From: Moniliella sp. 'wahieum' | Lineage: Eukaryota | NCBI GenBank assembly: GCA_003971905.1 | Contig: RSEE01000059.1 | Location: 1 to 64,000 of the forward strand | DNA: 64,000 nucleotides | Direction: 5' to 3' | Part shown: positions 47,141 to 60,221 of the stretch, one piece after another | How positions within the stretch are numbered: position 1 is the stretch's first letter | Layout: the number at the start of each line of letters is the position of its first letter | Translations under genes and position numbers: made by a program | Notes under the pieces: model-generated | What the model saw: the letters and a program-made list of their open reading frames with translations, nothing else | Told to the model about the DNA's origin: nothing | Databases searched by the model: none

Positions 47141-48695
47141 TTATTCGGCCTGCTGGGCGAGAAGTTGGAGACAGCACGCAAAGTCGGCCAGACCCACTCT
47201 GCCCATTCGGATCTGTCAGCCTGATCTTGGTTCTGGGGTAACATGTAACAAGAGAGGCAACGCACAGGCTTACTGCCGAGACCATACCACTTCCCAGTAC
47301 CGTTCAGTGATGGCACTAGGGTCAAGCGGCTGGGCCTTCTCGGGAGGCAGAATCTCGGGGTTAGAAAGATCGTGGGATTGGGCGAGGCTGCTGCTTTCAG
47401 GGGCAGGAGACTCAGACGGCAGAGGGGCGGGGTGGGGTGGATCTTCCGTACCCCCATTATCTGGGACAGGGTCATTCGCATGAGGCGATTGCTTGGCCTG
47501 AGTTGGCTCATTCTCCTCGGCCTTCTGAGCGGCATCTGAGAGTTGAGCTGGTCCATCCGTATTGGCCGGCTCCTCCGTATTGGCCGGTTCCTCCGCCTTG
47601 GCCGGTTCCTCCGCCTTGGCCGGCTCCTCCGTCTGGGCCAGTTCCTCGGTCTGGGGCTTCGGGGCGACATTCGTAAGCTGGGCTGGGGCATCAACCTCTT
47701 CCGATTGCTGGGACTTGGTAGTCTTCGTATCGAGGGCATGGGGTGTGGAACCGTTAGATGCGTGGGCAGAAACGGGTTGGGAGGAGCCCAGTCCCGCACT
47801 CGACGAAGTCCCATCTGCAGCCACCGAAGCAGAGGGGACCAAGGAATCTGCAGCTTGTGAGTCTATCAGGTCGAGGGGAAGAGTCTCGGGCGCAGGGAGG
47901 ACATGAGCAAAGTGATGAGCAAACCACGAGCGCACCGATTCTTCAAATTGGTCCAAAAGGCTTCCTGTGGCAGTGGGCTCAAGGTGGGTGCCATCCTGTA
48001 CCTCGGTGGGGGGGTAGCGCTGCCAAGTGGGAGTGTGTCCACTTTGCTCACTGCGATGAGGACGGGTTTGTTGCGCAACGAGGGATCGGAGAGGATGCGT
48101 GCTGGAGCGAGCAAAGGAGCGGATAAGTTTGGGTGCAGAGTTAGGCCGGTGCTAGATGGTTCCAGGGGAGCGAGCGAGGGAAGAAGCGGAGGAGGGGGGC
48201 GGGGGGGGGACGTACCAAGTTGGGACCAAGTTTGCTCAGCCTCGGGAGAGGGGAGGAAAACGGGTTGATGCGGATGTGGACTGTGGGAAACCCAGAGCGA
48301 TCCATCAACCACAAAGACGAGTGCGTCTGCGTCGGGTAGTACCGAGGCCAGAGGGTGGGCAAGTCAGCGGACGCGCCCAAGTCCCAAAACTTGAGTTTGC
48401 CACGCCGCTTGGGCGGGGAGGCGAACCACCCGCGCTGTGCGGCGGCCGCTGCGGTGGCTGCGTGGACTTGGTCCATGAGTGATGGGGGTAGCGGCAGAGG
48501 CAGTGGGACCTCTGTCACGCTCTGTCCCAAGGTGGGTCGGAGAGAGTGGATGGGCAAGCCAGGTTTGCCCGCGACGGCGCGGTTGATGCTGGCCAGCAGA
48601 GCGCTTTTGCCCGCGCCAGCGCGACCAATGACGACTACCCGGTAGGGGTCGACGTGGGTCCATTCCTCGTACAGCCCACTGAAGAGGTGTAGCAT
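47141..48695 (-). CDS. ARL3: Divergent Arf-related GTPase, Arl3/ARFRP1-like, with long insertions
   Basis: MLHLFSGLY start, YRVVVIGRAGAGKS, PTLGQ, KFWDLG..LWPRYY, PVLIAVSKVD, probable intron near the VSA motif; 18-bp EEPAKA repeats at ~47560-47650. 3' end approximate. Confidence 0.7.
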
Positions 48696-49514
48696 GCCAG
48701 GCAATGTAGGCCGCAGGGATGGCGGCGGACGGAGGGACGAGGCACGGGTGGAAGCAGAAGGTGGTGGTGGAGCCACATGTGGATAACATGCCTCGTGGCG
48801 GCGCCACCCCACCGGCCAGCATAAAGCGGGATGGCTGATGAGATCGACGGCTGATGCGCTAATCATCTAATCATTCAATTTCTCAGACCCTCACGCAGAG
48901 CCTCACCCGCACATGTCAAACGCCGAGCTTCAAGCTCCAAGCTTCAAAGTCAGTCAGTTTGGCTTGCCTGGCGAGCGGCCGCATAACCAAATTCGCACCT
49001 CCTACGCCTGGCCTCGCCCCCCGTCGTGCGTGTCTGGGAGGCTGCGCGATCCGCACCGCTTTCTTGCCGCAGTGCACCATGGGGACTACGAGCGGACGGG
49101 TCGGCGCAACAAGCACAACGCACAACGCTGTCATGATTATTTCTTACATTACATGGTCTCTGCCACACCCACATCCACTCCCACCCTCCCACTCTCTCGC
49201 ACGTGGGCAACCGCCAGTTCCTAGAGACAAGACAAGAGAGAGCATGTGGGCAACCGCCAGTTCCTAAGACAAGAGAGAAATCCGATTCGTTGTGGCGCAG
49301 AGCCAGCGTAGGTAGATGTAGATGTAGATGCAAGGGAGACAGAAGAGAGAAGAACGACGAGACGAGAGCAGCAAGGTAACTGGTAAACTGGAGCAAAACC
49401 CCAAGGCCTAGTGTGTCCTCACGTGGTGAGGGTTGAACTTCAACGTTGAACGTTGAGTGCTGAACGTTGAACGTTGAGTTTGCTCGTGTTTGCGTGTGCG
49501 TCTCGGTGGTTCAA

Positions 49515-52500
49515 TCAGTCGTGTCCGACGACAAAGAGCAAGTCGCCCGCGGAGACCGAGTCGCCAGCCTCGACGACGATACGTTTGACCTTTCCCGATA
49601 CGGGGGAGGAAACGACGGTTTCCATCTTCATTGCGCTCAGGACGGCGAGGGGGTCACCTGCCTTGACCTGGTGCCCTTCTTGTGCGCGGACTTCGACCAC
49701 GACGGCAGCCAAGGGCGATCCTACTTCGCCTGGTTCGCCCGCGCGTGCACGTTCGCGATGCACCGTCTCTACGGCCGCGCTCTTGTCCTCGACAATGATG
49801 GAGCGAGGTTCTGCGTTCAGCTCAAAGAAGACTTCGCGAGTGCCCTTGTCTGGGTTGACGGCGCCGACAGCGAGAAGCTTGATGATGAGCAACTTGCCAC
49901 GGTCAATGTACGCGTGAATTTCCTCGCCAACGGGGGCCTTGCTAAGGAAGTAGCGCGTGGGCATGTGGGAAAGGTCACCATACTTGTCCAAAAACGCATA
50001 GAACTCTTCAAACACCTTGGGGTACATGGCGTACTAATCGCATCCGCTGTGGTGATCGTCTTGCCATACTTCTTGGTCAAGTCCTTCTTGATCTGGCGCA
50101 GGTCGACAGGCGCCATCGTAGCGCCTGGACGCCCTTCGATCTTGGGCTTACCACGCAAGATCTTGGTCCGAAGGGGCTCAGGGAACCCACCGGGGGGCGT
50201 ACCGAGGTAGCCTTGGAAGTACTCAATCACCGAGCTGGGGAAGTCGAGCTTGTCAGCCCGGGCCTCGACCTCGTCTTGGGTCAACTTGTTGGCCACCAGG
50301 AACTGAGCAAAGTCACCGACGACCTTGGACGACGGCGTGACCTTGACAATGTCACCGCAGAGCTTGTTGGCCACAATGTAGGCCTTCTTGATCTCGCTCC
50401 ATTGGCTGCCCAGGCCGAGGGACATGGACTGGAACATGAGGTTGGTGTACTGACCGCCGGGCATCTCGTGGTCAAACACGGACGAATCCGAAGCCTTCAC
50501 TTCCTGCTCAAAGCACTGGTACAGTTGGCGCACCGAAGTCCAGTACAGGTTGAGCGCCATGATGTCTTCGTGACGAATACCAGGGCCAAGACCGGTCTGT
50601 TCCAGCGCAGCGACCAGCGCGCCCATCGAAGGCTGCGACGTAAGGCCCGACATGGAGTCAATCGCAACGTCCACCACGTCGGCACCCGCCTCGGCGGCAG
50701 CAAGCATCGAGCTCAGCGCAATGCCCGCCGTGTCATGCGAGTGCACGTGGATGGGCAAGTCGGGGTACTTTTTGCGAATGGTGCCAATGAGCAACCGGGC
50801 CGCGGCTGGCTTGAGCAACCCAGCCATGTCCTTGACACCGAGAATGTGGATGCCCGTCTTGACCAATTCGTCAACGAGGTGCATGTAGTAGTCCAGCGTG
50901 TACTTGGGGTGCGCCTTGGGGTTGGCCACATCACCCGTGTAGCACACTGTGCCTTCCGCCACACCGCCCGCCTTCTTGGCCGCGTCAATGCCCAGGCGCA
51001 GACTGCCGAGGTCGTTGAGCGAGTCAAAGACACGGAAAATATCCAGCCCATTCTCAACTGCCTTCTTGCTAAACTCGTAGATCAAGTTGTCCGGGTAAGA
51101 CGTGTAGCCCACCGCGTTGGCACCACGAACAAGTGCCTGGAAAGGGATGTTGGGCACGAGCTTACGCAGCTTGCGCAACCGCTCCCACGGGTCTTCGTAC
51201 AAGAAGCGCATGGCCACATCAAATGTAGCGCCACCCCAGCATTCGAGAGAGAATGCGTTCTTCAACGCATACGAAGTCGTCTTGGCAATGTTGGTCATCT
51301 CAATCGTCCGCAAACGCGTGGCCAGCAGCGACTGGTGAGCATCACGCCATGTGGTATCCATAATCAGAGTACCCTTGTAGGCGCACTGCCTTGGCAAACG
51401 CCTCGGGTCCTTCGTGGAGAAGGATGGAACGCCATCCTTCTTGGCACGGCACAGCCGTGTCAATGGTCTGCGTCGGGTCATCCGGGTTGGTCAGGGTCGG
51501 GATCTCGATCTCCTTCTTGAGTCCTGGCTCGCCCATCTGGCCCTGGATGGAGGTCCCGTTGACCGCCATGTCACCAAGGTAAGCTAGAAGCTTCTGCGCC
51601 CGGTTCTGGCTCTGGACCAGGTTGAAGAGCTCGGGCGTGTCGTCGATCATTGTCGTCCAGGTGTTGGCCGAGGCAAAGGCATCGTGTGTGATGAGACGAA
51701 CAAGGAAAGGGATGTTTGTCTTGACGCCCCGGATACGGAACTCAACAAGCGCACGCAGCATCTTGCGCCGGGTCACCTCATACGTCGCTCCACGGCAAGT
51801 CACCTTGACCAAAAGCGAGTCGTAGTGGGGCGTGATCTGCGCACCGGCAAATCCGCTCGAGGCATCGAGGCGCACACCATTGCCACCGGCCGAACGGTAG
51901 ACTTCGATCTTGCCCGTATCCGGCTGGAAGTTCTGGGTCGGGTCCTCGGTGGTGATACGGCACTGAATGGCCGAGCCACGCTTCTGGATGGTCTGCTGGG
52001 TCAGACCCAGGTCGTCCAGAGTCGCACCGGCTGCGATTTGGATTTGGGCGCCGACAATGTCAATGCCCGTGATCTCTTCAGTGATGGTGTGTTCAACCTG
52101 AAGACGCGGGTTGATCTCGATAAAGTAGTGGCGGTTCTGCTGGTCGACCAAGAACTCGGCTGTACCAGCGTTGCGGTAGCCTGCCGTCTTGGCCAGCTTG
52201 ACAGCATCTGTCAGGATGGCCTGGCGGACCTTCTCGTGCAGGTTGGAGGCTGGGGCCACCTCCACCACCTTCTGATGCCGGCGCTGGACTGAACAGTCGC
52301 GCTCAAACAAGTGCACCACATTGCCCTCGCCATCAGCGAGGAGTTGCACTTCAATGTGGCGCGGGTGGTCAAGGAAGCGCTCAATGAACACAGTCGGGTC
52401 GCCAAACGCCGACTTGGCCTCCGACTTGGCCATGGAGAAAGCCTGTTCAAATTCATCCGCGCTGCGCACCACACGCATACCACGACCGCCACCGCCAAAG

Positions 52501-53177
52501 GCGGCCTTGATGATGACAGGGAAGCCCGCCTCCTTGATGAACGCCTTGGCCTCCTCGAAACTCTCGATCGGGCCAGGGGTACCGGGAACAATTGACACCC
52601 CAGCTCGGCGGTAGGTCACGAGCCTTGACCTTGTCGCCCAGCCCATCGATCGTCTCGGGACGCGGGCCGATAAAGGCAATGCCGGCAGCTTCGACCTTGC
52701 GCGCAAACTCGGCGTTCTCGGAGAGGAAGCCGTACCCCGGGCTGGAAGAAGAAAGAGGTTAGCCCTATGCGACAGTCCATAGAGCGTCGGGGGGGAAGGG
52801 GAACATACTGGATCATGTCTACGCCGTGATCGAGAGCAATGCGGATAATGTCGTCGATGGCCAAGTAGGCACCGACGGCGGACAGGCCGCACCGACCTGG
52901 TACGCCTCGTCGGCCTTCCAGCGGTGGGCGGACATGCGGTCCTCGTTGGAGTAGATGGCGACGGTGGACATGGCAAACTCGTGGGCGGTGCGGAAGACGC
53001 GGATGGCGATCTCGCCGCGGTTGGCCACCATGAGCTTGCGCAGCGGCTCGCCATCGTCGGCGCCGCCCATGTTCTGGCGGATCTTGGCGAGGGTGGGGAT
53101 GGCATGTCCGGTGAGGACGCTGGGCGTGGCGGGACGCTGACGAAGGGGTCGACGACGGAGGGGTTGTGCTCAGCCAT
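49515..53177 (-). CDS. PYC1: Pyruvate carboxylase; intron 52742-52808; frameshifted in the assembly
   Basis: [75 protein letters not shown] biotin site. Confidence 0.97.
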
Positions 53178-54299
53178 CGTCGGCGCAGATCGGGGTGGTG
53201 GGGGGAGGGCGAGGAGCGTGGCCGAGGCGAAGAAAAGCAAGCGAGGAGCACAACCACACAGACAGACGCTGCCCCGTGCGCAGCCGCCCTTGCCCCGGCC
53301 GCACGGCGCCAGCCAGCGCCCCGTGCATGCGCTGCCCAGCGCCCTGGCTGCCCCGCTGCCCAGCCGCCCAGCCGGGCCGCGCCCCCCCGTGCTGCCGGTG
53401 GCTCGTGCCACGCGCGGCCGCCCGCACCGCGCCGCTCTCCCCGCACCGCGGGCTGCACACAGGCGCCCGGCCGGACGAGCCAGCCTGGCCAGGCCCCAGG
53501 AGCCTTAGCGCTGCGGCCGGGGCCCGCGGGCGCGTCGACGCACTGCGCCACGCACTGGCGCCGTGCGGCCGCTGCAGGGCACGCACGGGGGGAGCACGAA
53601 GCGAGCGTGCTTCCACACTGGTGCCGAGCCCTGCTGGGATTGATGCGAAATGGTGGGTGATCGAGTGGTCGCCCAGCACGGCAGCTGCCCCGGCGGCGGC
53701 GTTGGATGATCGATCAGCGCTTGTCGTCCCACAGAAAGCGGCGGCCCCGTCGGCTGCGTTCCCACCGCCTCCGTCCCCCTCAGGCCACCCCACTCCCGAC
53801 TCACGCGCCGCGCCTCCGCCTCCCCTCCGCTCCGCCTCGCGCCCCAGCGCACCCGCGGCTCCAGCCTTCGCAGCCTCCCTAGGATGGGGCAGGATCAATC
53901 TCCATGATCGATCGCTGGATTCTGACGGGTGCGCTCCACCCTCTCCTCGCTTTTTCTCACGCCCAGCCTCCGTCCCACTCCGTCTGAGTACTCAGTATCA
54001 TTCTTCCCTGACCGCCTGACCCTGGCCATCTCACCCGTTACCTTTTCTTCCCACCGCGGCCGGCAAACACGACTCAAGATTCACAAGGTTATGTATTTCG
54101 CAACAACTCAACAGTGGGCATGCGGGGCCCCATCGCTATCATTGATCATCGATCATAGCACTCTCTTTGCGTTTTCGTTCCCACGCACGTTCCGATAACA
54201 TGATTTCTTTTGTCACAAGAAAGAACAACGCATTGTCTTCTTGTACTGACCAAGGCCAGGAATATTGAATGCAGGACAGACAGGGCCTGCTGCCTAGAC

Positions 54300-54900
54300 A
54301 GACCGCGGGTTGGGCGGGTTAATCAGCATTAATAAGCGTTTCGGTAGCTTCGTTTCACGCCAACCTGCGCGTGTCGCAGTGGGCGAGGCGGGGATCGGGA
54401 ACACTTGCATCACTATCCTGACTAATATAGCATTGGCATCGCATGAACAACGGGAGCTTGGGACAAAATCATTATACAGGCTGGCCGCTTATCGAAGACT
54501 GTGATTTGACAGTGGCAGAAGAAGAGATCAGATGTCACATGTCATGTAAAGGACAAAGGTATATGCAGGCCTGCATTGGATCTGTATCTTAAGAAAGACC
54601 GTTTTGGTGGCACGTCCCAACGATCTCGTGCTCACCAGCATCTCGGCCGCGGGCATATCTGTTGCTGTCGAGTTTCAAAGTCCATCAGAATCCATAATCC
54701 TTGTCACAGTCGGGGTTAAGGCGAGGGAGACCACAGAGTCGAGACTAGGTCAAGGAGGGGATGTAGCAATCGTTCGTGGGGAAAAAGCAAGAGCAGAGGA
54801 CATGGTGCAAAGCGGAAGAACAGGGAAGGAGCGAGACACTTGGGAGAAGAAATGGGAAATGGGAGCGAGATCAGCCAAACTATCAAGACAATCCTCTTCA
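54300..54900 (+). mobile_element. Possible decayed copia RT relic
   Basis: YMQACIGSV followed by VARPND (YxxxIGSLxY..TRPD-like). Confidence 0.3.
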
Positions 54901-56342
54901 TATGCTTCCAGCTACACATTGAAGTGCCTCGTTTTGTTCCAGTGACAAGTGACCAGTGAGTAGTGAGTAGTAACTAGTAACAGGTCGGGGGTACCGGTTA
55001 TCTCATGTCGCCCTCGACCTCATTGACCTCTTCCTCATTACTGATTTCCACCAAACGTCCTCCAGGTTCAGAGACTCCAGAGCCAAATACATTAGTCCTG
55101 CCGGAACCGGTGCACACGCAAACCTCCTTACATTACCACGCAAGTCATTGTACCAATAGTAAGTGTGCCTCCTCGTCTCGCCCCTTGTCTCGCTCTCTAC
55201 TAGCCCGTTCGGAGAGACCCGTCTCCGCTCTTCTGGTTCCCAGCTCGTGGTCCGACACCTTTTCGTATCCGTCTTGCATGGTGACATATATAATACCTTT
55301 GCAGTGTCATAGGCAGGTGGGCAAGCTGTCTCTGGGGGCGTGCGTGCCTCTGTTGTGTATACTTGGCGTTCTTATTTCAACAGCACCATAACAAAACCCA
55401 AGGCCCAGCATCTTCTCCCCAAGAGGGCGAGAGGGGAAAAGGCGGCCTTCAGGGGGCGGGGACCGCATCTCGATGGATGCCACCTTTTGGTATGCACATT
55501 TCATTGTAGCTGCTCCCTGCGGCCGTCTCCGAATCTCTCAAAGTATGGGGGTATTGCTCACCACAATGCATCCCTGTGATCGAACCGACGCCTCCGGTCC
55601 TATTACACGGTACTAACATAAATAGCCCGTATATGATAGTTTCTTGCATGTATCCTATCCACGTTGTGTTTTCTCTATATCTTTTTCGAGCCGTCGGTTC
55701 GTATCTATTGCGGCAGGTGTGCACAACTCATTTCTAAAAGAGAGGTCATCATGTTGATTCCACAATTCAATGCTCCGCCTCATCGCCAACTCTCTCTTCA
55801 CCCCACATCGACACCTCAACCCTCAACAGCCTTGTTCCATATCGATCACGTTTCAATCAAAACGTGTCCATTCAATCTAATCCTCGACTTGACCTCGCTA
55901 CGGCAGTCAATGTGCTTATTAAGGGGGTATATTGATGGTTAATGTATTGCACGCAGCCTTTCAAGAATGGGATATGATCGCCCCAAAAAATGTATAACTA
56001 GAGAAGAATCATGTAACGCATAACGCGTAATGCGAAACAGCCAGTCGCAGGCCGAGGGGGGGTCCTCTATGCCGCCGTTACAAGTAGCCTCAGTATCCGA
56101 ATGCCTACTGCGGCCCCGTCCCCCAGTGCCCCAGTGCCCCAGTCCCCGCACGTGCGACGCCTAACTTCAACTTTCAGCGCCACGTGCAATTCCGCCGAGG
56201 GAAGAATCGCTTCCGCCCCCGCGGGCAAGAATCCCAGGCGAAGCTGGCCCGAGGGTGCGTTGAGGGGGTGTTGAGGGTGTGCGTCCCGTCCCACCTTCCC
56301 ACCATCCCCCCTTCCCACCACCTGCCTTGATTCTTCTGCGCC

Positions 56343-56805
56343 ATGGCCGCCGACGCTCCATCGCCGGCGCCGCCGTCTGCCACCGCGACCACGCGGTGGG
56401 CACTTCGTCTCTTGCCGAAGGCACCAAGGCGTTCGAGGAGGACTTGCGCGGGAGCGGCTACTTCAAGCGGCTGCCTATCCGGCCGAGGAGATGCCCTCGT
56501 GCCTGAGCGAGTTTGACAAGTGGGCTACGTGCTGGGCGCCATTCAAGCAAGTTAACCGCGTTTACCGTTACGGCAGCATCTTTGGTTGTGAAAAGTGTAC
56601 GACGACTGGAAGCGGTGTCTGTCCTTCAAACACTTGCCTATCGAGCAACGGTACCCCCTGGATTGATCACGCGCGCGCGATGTGCTTCAACAGCGCGAGC
56701 AAGGGTCGTCGGAAGATGTGTGGGAGTCTCGCTCTGGGCCTCTGGTTGACCCAGATTACATGCCCGGATCCAAAGGAACTGTTGGACCCACTGGCGGAAG
56801 CATAA
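56343..56805 (+). CDS. Small Emi1/DUF3128-like protein
   Basis: MPSCLSEFDKWATCW...QVNRVYRYG...C...DDWKRC...EDVWE pattern; frameshifted. Confidence 0.6.
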
Positions 56806-57847
56806 CAGGACGCCATGTACGTGTCTTCCCTCCCTTTTCTTGCCCTTCTTCCCCATCGTGATGAAGACACAGATAATCCATTCCCTGATCAAGTGGGAGG
56901 ACGCCGCGCGGAGGAGATGGGTCTTTGGCCCTTACCTTTCCGCACCGCGGCTGCTGGAGTGCTAGGCAACTCAGGGTCGTCAGGCCCAGGCGGCTCCTTG
57001 CTCGGCTTGTTTCCCCCGTGGGGGTGGCAGGTAGGCAGGTGTGAGCCACCAGGGCCTTGTATGGCACTGTGGGTTGCTGGCCAATCCAGTGGCTGCGGCA
57101 TGCAGTTCCTCCCCTGTGTGACGCGACCATCTTTCTCTGATTCTTTGCTCCGTCCCCTGCTGGTAGCCAATGTGAAGTAAGTACTAACGAGTGACGTTGA
57201 TGATGTTCAGGCTGCGATGCATCTGTTGCCACGTGTCCGATACCAGGCCTCTTCGCGCCTCACTTGCTTGAGGGGGTTGCTACAGCCAAAACTTGTACTC
57301 TATTCAATAATCATGCACCGTATCGTTTGGCATCGTACCGTATGGAATAGGCCCCACAGACCAGGCAGTTATAGGAAGACTAACGAGTGAGTAGTCATGC
57401 TCGGCATGGTTTTCAATTGAGTTCGCTTCAGTTCTCCACTGATCGGTTTGCCAAGTCCTATGTGTGCGGCGCGGCAACCATTTTGAGAGGACAAACAATG
57501 GTCTTGCTGCCTGTCTGCTTGGTCGGGGACTGGGCCCTACTCCTTTCTCTGCCCCCCCCCCGATGGTATTCTCTGGGGATCGGCATCAAGCATGCTCCGC
57601 TCGCAGGGAGAAACAGGTTGTACATGGCCGGTATAGGAAAAGGATGCATCGCAGAGAGCGGCGCCTATTTGAGCAACTTAACTTCACCTTCGAATAACAC
57701 CACGAAGTAGGGGGTGGGTGGGGACACAGATGTGCGCATGTGTACGCAAGGATCGACGTCCTTTCGGTCTTATGTCTTTCCTATACTAGCCTCACCAATC
57801 ATCCTTGCAGCTGGAGAGAGGTGATGAGCCAATAACAAGCGTGCATG

Positions 57848-59736
57848 TCATGCTACCCGGCACGTGCGCGTCACAAGGGCAGCCATCCCGACCTGTCCAG
57901 GTGAATGGTGATGCAACCATCCGAATGACGACAAACCCGACCTGACACTTAGGTTGCACGCATGCGAACCGACCCAGACACGGACGGGGGAGCCAACGCG
58001 CTGGGCGAACGAGCGAATGTGCCGGGTCGGCGGGGCGGGAGGGAGCTCAGGTGAGAGGGACGCAGATGGTGAGGTGAAGAAGAGGTTGCGCGCCGAACCG
58101 GGGAGGCAAGGGAGGGGGCAAGGGAGGGGGCAAGGGTGCGAAGTCCCTCCAGTGGTTCGGCAGTTTGTGATCGGGTGGGGACCGGTCGAGTAACCGGTTT
58201 GGACGGGTTTGGAGCGACAGTTACCCCCGGACCAGGTGGGCTGGGGAGAAAAAGAGGTCAAAGAGCCTTTGCGAGAGATAGCTTCCTCTCCATGCTTGGA
58301 CAATGTGCTTGTGCTTGTGCTTGTGCTTGTGCTTGTGCCTGTGCTTGTGCTTGTGCTTGTGCTTGTGCTTGTGCTTGTGCATGGCCTAGGCCGACGAGCG
58401 GTGGGAGGAAGATGCAGAGCAGTCTGCCCCTGGACCCTCGGGGAGGGAGCCTGTGCACTGGGAGTAGACGGTCCCAGCACTTCTGTCCGTTCCTTCTTGG
58501 TTCGAGTGCTGCCGTGGCGGGTTGCCAGTACAGTGTGTCCTGCGGTGTGGTTCCGGTCCGGATCAGGGAAGAGCAGTGGCGATAGCCGCTCTTGGTCGGT
58601 GCGCCGATCAGAATGGGGTGCGGGTACCCGGACTGGATCCCGCTGCGGAGGTAGATCTAGGACTGCGTACAGACCTCTTTGTGTCCGGTCTTGATCCCGG
58701 GCACTAGTAAATGAAGGCGCCAACGGAGGCCGCAGGGTCTTCTGTCCCTCGAGGCGGGGCGCGAGGTGGCAGCAGCAGGATCCGGCAGAGAGGCTGCAGT
58801 TGAAGAGGTGAACGTGGGTGAAGGTGAGGGCGAGGGTGAGGGTGTAGTTGAAGTTGCAGTTGAAGTTGAAGTTAACGTTGAAGTCAAAGTTGTGAGTGTG
58901 GGTATAGCAGGTTGGAGGGGGTCCTTTTCCGGATGGTAGACCAAGGTGAGAAACTCGTCCAGGGCCTGGGAGACTTTAATGTCAGCCTGGTCGTTGGCAT
59001 GGGCAGAGCGAGGGGCTTGGTGGCGGATTTGGTCCAGCAACTCCTCACCTCCGCGGGCACGGAAGGTATCCTTGCGGCCCATCAGGGCAGGTCCAAGGAC
59101 TTGGAGGGAGAGTACGACCAAGCTGGTGGACAAGGTGCGGAGACTAGACTTTGGGGGCAAGATAGCGTTTGGATCCGAGGGCACTCTGGGCAACTCGAGT
59201 TCCGGCAGAGCGTGGGGGTGACGCAGACCTGCAAACAAGCCCAGCAGAACGAAAACAGATCCACCACGCCGTCCAGAGCAAGGAAGTCGGAGCTGGCACG
59301 GTGGTAGAGCATGAGCCCAGGCAAGAGAAGCAGACACAGTTCGGCCTCGTGCAAAGCCTCTGACAGAGCGAGGACGACGCGGGGAGGGAACTGGGGCGTA
59401 CCAGCTGCGCTATCTTCGTCACGTCCTGGGTCGGGGCGGACAGCAAGAAGGGCGCTCGTAGCAGCAGATGCCTGGGCATGGAGGAGACGAAGGTGGCCGA
59501 CCAGAACACAGGTCACATTGCACCCGGGCAGTTCCTGGCTCTGTCGCCAGAGGGACCGCGGCGGGGCGGCAGCGAGGAGGGTGGCGATGCGCTTGAGCGC
59601 CGCGAGACGCGAGGCGTGCTGGCTGGCGGGCGAGAGGAGGGTGGAGGTGGCGCGCTGGAGGACAGGCGCCAGAGCGGAGACTGGGCTGGGGGGTGCGCAG
59701 CGCGCGGGCGGGCGGCCGCAGAGGGCTGCTGCTCAT
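57848..59736 (-). CDS. Probable septation-initiation-network Cdc14-like protein (S. pombe Cdc14/PF08045 type, not the phosphatase)
   Basis: LPGLMLYHRASSDFL, LVVLSLQVLGPAL...TFRARGG, EFLTLVY and RTKKERTEVLG resemble family motifs as remembered; ends uncertain. Confidence 0.5.
58303..58380. repeat. (TGTGCT)n hexamer microsatellite
   Basis: About 13 units; encodes (ST)n on the minus strand. Confidence 0.9.
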
Positions 59737-60221
59737 GGCCGATGGGGGGGCTTGCTCAAGCGTCGCGTCAACGGCGGCCCACAAGCGGAGGGGAGCGTTG
59801 AGTGTTGCTCTAGCCCTTTGAAAGTTGCAATCAGCCAGCAGCGTGTGGGCGGCAAGCCAGACGCTCGCACGCGGGGAGTGTATGACGTCACGGGATGGGC
59901 CGGATTGTTTTTTTTTTTTTTTTTACCCGCCTCCGCCGGAACCTCCCCGCATGACCGCCTATGTACATACGGGCCTCGGGGCTGCTGCTGGAGCTGCTCA
60001 AACCGCAGTATAGGGGGGGCCTGTCCAATGCTATTGCCGACACCCACCACCCCTTCAGGGAGTCCCAACAAGTCCAAGGGAAGACAGACGCGCGCAAGGC
60101 GCACAGGCTGGCGCTGGCGCAGATGAGAGCACCGAGAAAACACATAGAGAACAAAAGCATATCTCACACCAAAAAACCCACTGCAGAGAGCATACTGTTG
60201 TACCTCTCTTCTGCTGACGGT

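Noticed and set aside
49203..49278. Two-copy ~43-bp direct repeat between ARL3 and PYC
   Set aside because: A real but simple local duplication with no further structure.
50213..51520. 435-aa plus-strand ORF
   Set aside because: Antisense shadow of the codon-biased pyruvate carboxylase gene.
53166..54019. Several long overlapping ORFs upstream of PYC
   Set aside because: Very GC-rich, stop-poor promoter region; low-complexity translations with no motifs.
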